Assembly (NCBI GenBank): GCA_038874215.1
Contig: JAVZCV010000005.1
Span: 1 to 51,590 of the forward strand
Reading direction: 5' to 3'
Origin: Candidatus Micrarchaeia archaeon
Lineage (GTDB): Archaea; Micrarchaeota; Micrarchaeia; Burarchaeales; JAVZCV01
DNA length: 51,590 nucleotides
Part shown: in pieces, positions 47,280-51,590 of the stretch
How positions within the stretch are numbered: position 1 is the first letter of the stretch
How the letters are laid out: each line of letters starts with the position of its first letter
Notes under the pieces: model-generated
Database searches by the model: none
What the model was told of the DNA's origin: nothing
Seen by the model: the letters and a program-made list of their open reading frames with translations, nothing else
Made by a program: the position numbers and the translations under genes

Positions 47280-50200
47280 ATCCCGAAGCGCGAAGACATA
47301 GAGAAAGTGCTGGTGATAGGAAGCGGACCGATAGTAATTGGGCAGGCTGCCGAGTTTGACTATTCAGGCTCGCAGGCATGCACAGCACTTCGTGAAGAAG
47401 GAGTTCAAGTAGTGCTCGTTAATTCCAACCCAGCAACCATACAAACTGACTTGGACATCGCAGATATCGTATACATAGAGCCTCTCAAAGCCGAATTTTT
47501 GGAGAAAATAATTGAGAAAGAAAGGCCGCAGGGGCTTATAGCAACGATGGGCGGCCAGACAGGTCTCAACCTCGCAGTAGAATTGGAGAGAAAGGGTGTG
47601 CTTAAGAAATACGGGGTTGAAGTCCTTGGTACGGGTATACAGGCAATAAAAGAAGGAGAGGACAGAGACCTTTTTGTAAAAGCGATGGAAAGAATAGGGG
47701 AGCCTGTCCTCAAAAGCATTGCTGCAACGAGCGTAGAGGAAGCGCTTGAATTCGCATCCAAATACGATTACCCGTTTATACTCAGGCCAGCCTACTGTCT
47801 CGGCGGTACGGGCAGTTCCGTTGCGCACAGCAAAAAGGAGCTCATTGAGAAGATGGAGTTCGGCCTTCGTTTAAGCCCAGCCCATCAAGTTCTCGTTGAG
47901 CAGTGTGTCCTCGGTTGGGCCGAGATAGAGTATGAGATGGTGCGTGATTCTTACGGGAACGCCATCACTGTTTGCAACATGGAAAACATAGACCCCATGG
48001 GGATACACACAGGAGACAGCATAGTAGTCGCTCCATCACAGACGCTTTCGCAGGACGAATACCAGATGTTGCGCCATGCATCCCTAAAAATCGTCTCAGG
48101 CCTAAACATATGCGGAGGCTGCAACATACAATATGCGCTCAATCAGGAAACTGGCGAATATTACGTAATTGAAATAAACCCTCGTCTTTCGCGGAGCTCA
48201 GCCCTTGCCTCCAAGGCAAGCGGATATCCTATTGCGCGCGTTGCGGCAAAGGTTGCGCTTGGCTTCGCTCTTGACGAAATACCCAATGCGATAACCAAGA
48301 AAACGCCAGCTTCATTTGAGCCAGCGCTTGACTATGTGGTTGTGAAAATACCACGCTGGCCCTTTGACAAAATGCCAGAGGGTGATAGGCACATCGGCAC
48401 GCAGATGAAGGGCACTGGCGAGGTAATGGGAATAGGGAGAACTTTTGAGGAAGCGCTCCAGAAGGCGATAAGGAGCACCGAGATTAGAAGGGAATTCGGA
48501 GATGGGAAGCCGCTTAAAAGTTGCAACGACCTGCGCGACTGCCTGAAAAATCCCACCGATGAGCGAATATTCGCCATTTACGATGCCCTTAAGCAGGGTA
48601 TGAGCGTGGAAGAAATCGTAGAACTCACAAAAATAAACCCATGGTTCATAAGAAAAATTCTTAACATAGTTCGGATGGAACAGCGCCTACGGACAGAGAA
48701 ACTTGACGAGAACCTGATGAGGGAGGCGAAGAGGCTCGGCTTTTCTGACAGGCAAATAGCGATGTTCACAGACAACCAAGAAACTGCAGTAAGACGGGCG
48801 AGGAAAAAAATGAACATAAAACCCGTATATAAGATGGTTGATACATGCGCTGCAGAGTTTGAGGCAAAGACGCCTTACTACTATTCAACATACGAGAGCG
48901 AGTGCGAGGCCAATCCGAAGAAAATAAAGAAGGTGATAGTTATAGGGGCGGGACCGATAAGGATAGGGCAGGGAATAGAGTTTGATTATTGCTGCTGCCA
49001 TGCAAGCTTTGCGCTTAGGGAAGCAGGCGTGCAGTCAATAATAATAAACAACAACCCCGAAACCGTTTCTACCGATTTTGACGCCTCCGACAAGCTCTAC
49101 TTTGAGCCTCTCACATTTGAGGATGTAATGAACGTGATAGAGCGCGAGGAGCCAGACGGCGTCATAGTGCAGTTCGGCGGGCAGACGAGCATAAACCTCG
49201 CAGTGCCTCTCGCAGAAGAAGGAGTTACCATTCTGGGAACGCAGATATACGGAATAGACATAGCAGAGGACAGGGAGCGCTTCCGCCAACTTCTGAAAGA
49301 CCTTGATATACCCCAGCCTGCCAACGGAACCGCAAAAAGCGAGGATGAGGCTCTTGATGTTGCAGAAAAAATCGGCTATCCAATAGTTGTTAGGCCCAGC
49401 TATGTTATTGCGGGCAGGGCGATGGCAATAGTGCCGAACGAGGAGGAGCTGAAGAAATACATAACCGAAGCTGTTGACGTGAGCGAGAAGCGCCCCGTGC
49501 TGATAGACAAATACCTTGATAATGCAATAGAATGCGAGATTGACGGAGTTAGCGATGAAAAAAGGCTTTTCATAGGGGGCATAATGGAGCATATAGAAAA
49601 GGCTGGCGTTCACTCAGGAGATGCAAGTTGCGTTACCCCTCCCCTAAACCTGAGCGAAAAAATCCAGAAGCGGATAGTTGAATATTCAAAGAAAATAACA
49701 TTTGCTCTCAGGAACATAGGGGCAATAAACATCCAATACGCTGTTCAGAACGATACCGTCTATGTTCTTGAAGCGAACCCCCGCGCGAGCCGAACAATAC
49801 CATACCTAAGCAAGGCGACGGGCATACCCCTTGCGAAGGTTGCAACGCGCGTTATACTCGGGCAATCACTTGAAGAACAGGGGCTTTATGAAACTCCTCG
49901 GCTTCCATACTACGCAGTGAAGAGCGTATGCTTCCCATTCCTAAAACTGCCCGGCGTTGACCCTGTTCTCGGCCCAGAAATGAAAAGCACGGGAGAAAGC
50001 ATGGGCATAGATGCGAATTTTGGCATGGCATACTACAAATCGCTTCTTGGCGCTAACATGAACATTCCGCTAAATGGCCGTGTGATAATAAGCCTCAGGG
50101 ACAGCGATAAGAAAATGGCGGGAAAGCTGGCAGAAAGTTTTGAAAAGCTTGGTTTTAAGGTAAGCGCCACGAAAGGGACTGCGGCATATATAGGCGGCAA

Positions 50201-50486
50201 CATTGAGATACTCAACAAGCTTGATGAGCAACCGCCAAACATGCTATCAAAAATCAGGGCGAAGGATGTGCAACTCATAATAAATACGCCATCAAAAGGC
50301 AAACGCTCATTCACTGATGGGTTCAAAATCCGCAGGGCTGCCCTTGAAAGCAACATACCAATAATAACCACAATTGAGGCAGCGTTTGGGCTTGTAGGGG
50401 CACTAAACGCAGCAAAGGATACGGGGATATCCGTTTGTTCTACTAACGATTATCTAAATATACTAAAAAATATAAAAAATAAATAG
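47280..50486 (+). CDS. carB: Carbamoyl-phosphate synthase large subunit
   Basis: IGSGPIVIGQAAEFDYSG, duplicated ATP-grasp halves and MGS domain; the conserved (M)PKREDI N-terminus begins at ATC 47280. Confidence 0.97.
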   Translation: MPKREDIEKVLVIGSGPIVIGQAAEFDYSGSQACTALREEGVQVVLVNSNPATIQTDLDIADIVYIEPLKAEFLEKIIEKERPQGLIATMGGQTGLNLAVELERKGVLKKYGVEVLGTGIQAIKEGEDRDLFVKAMERIGEPVLKSIAATSVEEALEFASKYDYPFILRPAYCLGGTGSSVAHSKKELIEKMEFGLRLSPAHQVLVEQCVLGWAEIEYEMVRDSYGNAITVCNMENIDPMGIHTGDSIVVAPSQTLSQDEYQMLRHASLKIVSGLNICGGCNIQYALNQETGEYYVIEINPRLSRSSALASKASGYPIARVAAKVALGFALDEIPNAITKKTPASFEPALDYVVVKIPRWPFDKMPEGDRHIGTQMKGTGEVMGIGRTFEEALQKAIRSTEIRREFGDGKPLKSCNDLRDCLKNPTDERIFAIYDALKQGMSVEEIVELTKINPWFIRKILNIVRMEQRLRTEKLDENLMREAKRLGFSDRQIAMFTDNQETAVRRARKKMNIKPVYKMVDTCAAEFEAKTPYYYSTYESECEANPKKIKKVIVIGAGPIRIGQGIEFDYCCCHASFALREAGVQSIIINNNPETVSTDFDASDKLYFEPLTFEDVMNVIEREEPDGVIVQFGGQTSINLAVPLAEEGVTILGTQIYGIDIAEDRERFRQLLKDLDIPQPANGTAKSEDEALDVAEKIGYPIVVRPSYVIAGRAMAIVPNEEELKKYITEAVDVSEKRPVLIDKYLDNAIECEIDGVSDEKRLFIGGIMEHIEKAGVHSGDASCVTPPLNLSEKIQKRIVEYSKKITFALRNIGAINIQYAVQNDTVYVLEANPRASRTIPYLSKATGIPLAKVATRVILGQSLEEQGLYETPRLPYYAVKSVCFPFLKLPGVDPVLGPEMKSTGESMGIDANFGMAYYKSLLGANMNIPLNGRVIISLRDSDKKMAGKLAESFEKLGFKVSATKGTAAYIGGNIEILNKLDEQPPNMLSKIRAKDVQLIINTPSKGKRSFTDGFKIRRAALESNIPIITTIEAAFGLVGALNAAKDTGISVCSTNDYLNILKNIKNK

Positions 50487-50511
50487 GTAACAAAAACCCA
50501 CTTATGCGACC

Positions 50512-51084
50512 TTAACTGTATTTATTCGTCATCTGTTGCATGATTTCTTCGAAGGTGCATACTCTCCCTTGCGTTTCAAATTTTTCATTTCCGAAAATCG
50601 CAGGAACGCACTCAAAGCTCGTTGAAGGCATATTCTTCAAATCTTCGGGCGATATCGTTTGGCTCCATCCGCTGTAATTGGCGTATGTGTGGGAAATTGA
50701 AATCCAATCGCACTCTACATCCCCGTAAATACCCCTATCAACTTTTATATAACCCACATTATTTTTTGATATCATAACAACTGTCTCATTTTCAATCTGA
50801 GTCTCAGCCCTCATCATACCCCCCAGCAGATAAAGTGTAGTCGTGGAGGAAATCCCCCTCTTATCCGTCATTCTTATAGTGCACTGCACGGGTTTCCCGA
50901 GCGCTACGAGTTGTGCATACCCCATTCCACCAAGACCCGTTCCTCCCTGCTGTCCCCCTGTTTGGTTTCCACCACCCTGCGTTCCTCCCTGCCCCAATCC
51001 CGTACCGCCCTCCAATTTACAAAGCGAACAGCAACCCGCAAAAATCAGAACCGCCATGGCAAGAAAAGCATAACACCTTCTCAA
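50512..51084 (-). CDS. Putative lipoprotein with Gly/Gln-rich linker
   Basis: Likely TTG start after GGTGA; RR, h-region, then FAGC lipobox; GGTGLG repeated around a QGG-rich linker. Confidence 0.7.
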   Translation of the reverse strand: MRRCYAFLAMAVLIFAGCCSLCKLEGGTGLGQGGTQGGGNQTGGQQGGTGLGGMGYAQLVALGKPVQCTIRMTDKRGISSTTTLYLLGGMMRAETQIENETVVMISKNNVGYIKVDRGIYGDVECDWISISHTYANYSGWSQTISPEDLKNMPSTSFECVPAIFGNEKFETQGRVCTFEEIMQQMTNKYS

Positions 51085-51156
51085 TAAATCACCCAAATCA
51101 GATAGCAGCACACGATTTTATATATACATAGCCTACAATAGCAATGAAGTGGTTCT

Positions 51157-51590
51157 ATGCTCTGGGGCGGAAGGCTTCAGAAACCAGAGGATTTGCTTCT
51201 TGACTACACTGCGGGCGAGAATATTGAGGTTGATGAGAAGCTCATTCCATATGACATAATTGGCAGTATCGCGCATGCGAAAATGCTTGCCGAACAGGGC
51301 ATAATATCCGAAGAGGAAGGAAAAAAACTAGTGCGCGGCCTTCAGCACATCTATAAGAAATGGGCGAGAGGAGAATTTCGCCTAGATAAAAAATACGAAG
51401 ACGTCCACATGAACGTTGAGCACGCCCTGGCTGAACAAATTGGAGAAACTGCGGGAAAACTACACACGGCCCGCTCGCGCAACGACCAAGTCAACCTTGA
51501 CATGCGCATGTACATGCGCCATGAAATCCTTTGTCTTTGTGATGCTATAAATGCTGTTTGCACAACCTTGGTCTCTCTTGCAAAAAAGAA
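51157..51590 (+). CDS. argH: Argininosuccinate lyase (3'-truncated by window edge)
   Basis: Manual translation: MLWGGRL, YDIIGSIAHAKML, EDVHMNVE and KLHTARSRNDQV. Confidence 0.95.
   Translation, partial: MLWGGRLQKPEDLLLDYTAGENIEVDEKLIPYDIIGSIAHAKMLAEQGIISEEEGKKLVRGLQHIYKKWARGEFRLDKKYEDVHMNVEHALAEQIGETAGKLHTARSRNDQVNLDMRMYMRHEILCLCDAINAVCTTLVSLAKK

Noticed and set aside
50925-51012. Tandem DNA repeat in the lipoprotein gene
   Set aside because: It is explained by a Gly/Gln/Thr linker at the protein level, and the nucleotide copies are divergent.
1-51590. CRISPR array, rRNA genes, IS elements, inteins
   Set aside because: No regularly spaced repeats, rRNA-like stretch, transposase or intein-sized insertion was seen; long ORFs and two tRNAs cover nearly the whole window.

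Overview
Gene-dense archaeal chromosomal segment. The organism is inferred to be DPANN, most like Micrarchaeota. Supporting signs are TATA/BRE promoters with GGTGA-type Shine-Dalgarno sites, deoxyhypusine synthase, an intron-containing tRNA, archaeal FtsZ, class III signal-peptide proteins and a GT3 glycogen synthase. Housekeeping content: partial porB, glmS, glycogen synthase, cobO, NUDIX, tRNA-Arg(CCT) with a 59-nt intron, tRNA-Leu(CAG), dys, SSB, two tandem ftsZ, a kinase-dCMP deaminase fusion, an Hps-RraA fusion, trxA/trxB, carA-argF-carB and partial argH. Surface machinery: a three-gene prepilin-like operon with a 1000+ aa vWA adhesin beside a GT-C glycosyltransferase, and a type IV pilus/T2SS motor locus flanked by winged-helix proteins. 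Most notable oddities: (1) a circularly permuted Asp/Glu racemase with an extra degenerate domain; (2) a catalytically degenerate Xer-like recombinase plus a microprotein next to a 28-bp dif-like 11-6-11 palindrome; (3) apparent non-canonical start codons (ATC for carB, ACG for trxB); (4) scattered orphan or repurposed enzymes sharing basic, acid-poor N-terminal leaders; (5) a tRNA intron with two mutually exclusive folds. No CRISPR array, rRNA or intact mobile element was seen. All calls come from reading motifs by eye; no database searches were run.
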